Assembly (NCBI GenBank): GCA_036785375.1
Contig: JAWMAR010000038.1
Location: 3,596,001 to 3,660,000, forward strand
Direction of reading: 5' to 3'
DNA length: 64,000 nucleotides
Origin: Leucoraja ocellata
Lineage: Eukaryota
The position numbers and the translations under genes were made by a program. Shown here piece by piece: positions 62,971-64,000 of the stretch (within the stretch, counting starts at the first letter, position 1; each line of letters opens with the position of its first letter). The notes under the pieces were generated by a model. The model had not been told where the DNA came from and searched no databases. It saw only the letters and a program-made list of their open reading frames with translations.

Positions 62971-64000
62971 TCCTTCTGGTGGCATGGTTTAATAGATCTC
63001 AGAATAGTCAGAGAGCAGGGACTAGACTAGCAGGGACGAGACTGCCAGTGTATACAGTTCATTGTTGCTTTCCTGATAGATGAGGTATCCTCCTATCACT
63101 GACCCTCACCAGTCAATCTAGAGCAGGAATGATGCATCAGAGCAGGGTGAGGTCCCAGGAGCTATGCAGCACTCCACTCAGGAGGCCACTGTTAGTGCCG
63201 TAACTCTCAATTAGCATCTGAACATACCAGCATAACAAACACTTGCACGTCTAACTGCGGCCTCACACTGAGAGTACACACTTCAACAGACATCAAGAAG
63301 AGTCTCGACCCAAAACATCACACATCCTTTTTCTCCAGAGACCCGCTCAGTTACTCCAGCACATTGTGTCCATCTTCACCATTGCCATAATCGGTCGTCT
63401 TTTTGGAGTCACGGAATCATACACACGTTAACAGGCCCTTCCTTGGGCCCACCTCCTCCATGCCAACCAAGATGCCCCATCTAAGCTAGTTCCAGTAGCT
63501 ACCATTTTATTCATATCTCTCTAAATCCTTTACTACCCATCAAACTGTCCAAATGCATTTTAACTGTTGTTATTGTACCTGCCTCAACCACTTCCTCTGG
63601 CAACTCATTCCTTATACCCATGACCTATGTGTGAAAAAGTTGCCCCTCAGGTTCCTATAATTTTTTTCCCTTTGCATCTTAAACCTATACCTTCCAATTC
63701 TTGATTACCCTATCTTGGGAAAAGACTATGCATTCGCCCATCCAAATTATGCAAAATTCTGGTGCAACTCGGTGGGTCAGGCAGCATCACTGGAGGACAT
63801 GGACTGTTTGGGTCGACATTTTGGGTCGAGACCATTCTTCAAACTGTAGAAGCACAATTTTATAGACATCTCTAAGAACACCCATAAGCCTCCTGCACTC
63901 CAATGAATAAAGTCCCAGCTTGCCAACCTTTTCTTACACCTCAGGCCCTCGAGACAACAGCCTCCCCCGGATCACTAACACAGAAATCACTGTGGAGGCA

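Overview
Eukaryotic, vertebrate genomic DNA. The repeat landscape (HE1/V-type tRNA SINEs, CR1/HER1-like LINEs, Penelope elements) points to a cartilaginous fish, probably a skate or ray; that assignment is inference. The window holds the conserved GNG2-RTRAF-NID2 block: the last coding exon of GNG2 (+, 2514-2642), all 8 coding exons of RTRAF/C14orf166 (+, 12294-28641, 242 aa) and the 3' part of nidogen-2 (-, 14 coding exons, 57576 down to 31552). The main anomaly is that NID2 carries at least seven thyroglobulin type-1 (TY) exons against two in human. Six are symmetric phase-1 cassettes, and three of those share near-identical nucleotide cores. The introns also contain an apparently intact, full-length Rex1/Babar LINE (1021-aa ORF) nested in a SINE, Penelope remnants with minimal hammerhead-ribozyme cores, short hairpin insertions with long target-site duplications (TSDs), non-autonomous Helitrons and Harbinger-like MITEs. 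Two 32-37 bp hAT-type micro-MITEs and a CRE-bearing tandem repeat sit in the RTRAF promoter. Exon boundaries were read by eye from GT/AG signals and frame continuity; repeat boundaries are approximate. Comparisons to human proteins are from recall, not from a database search.
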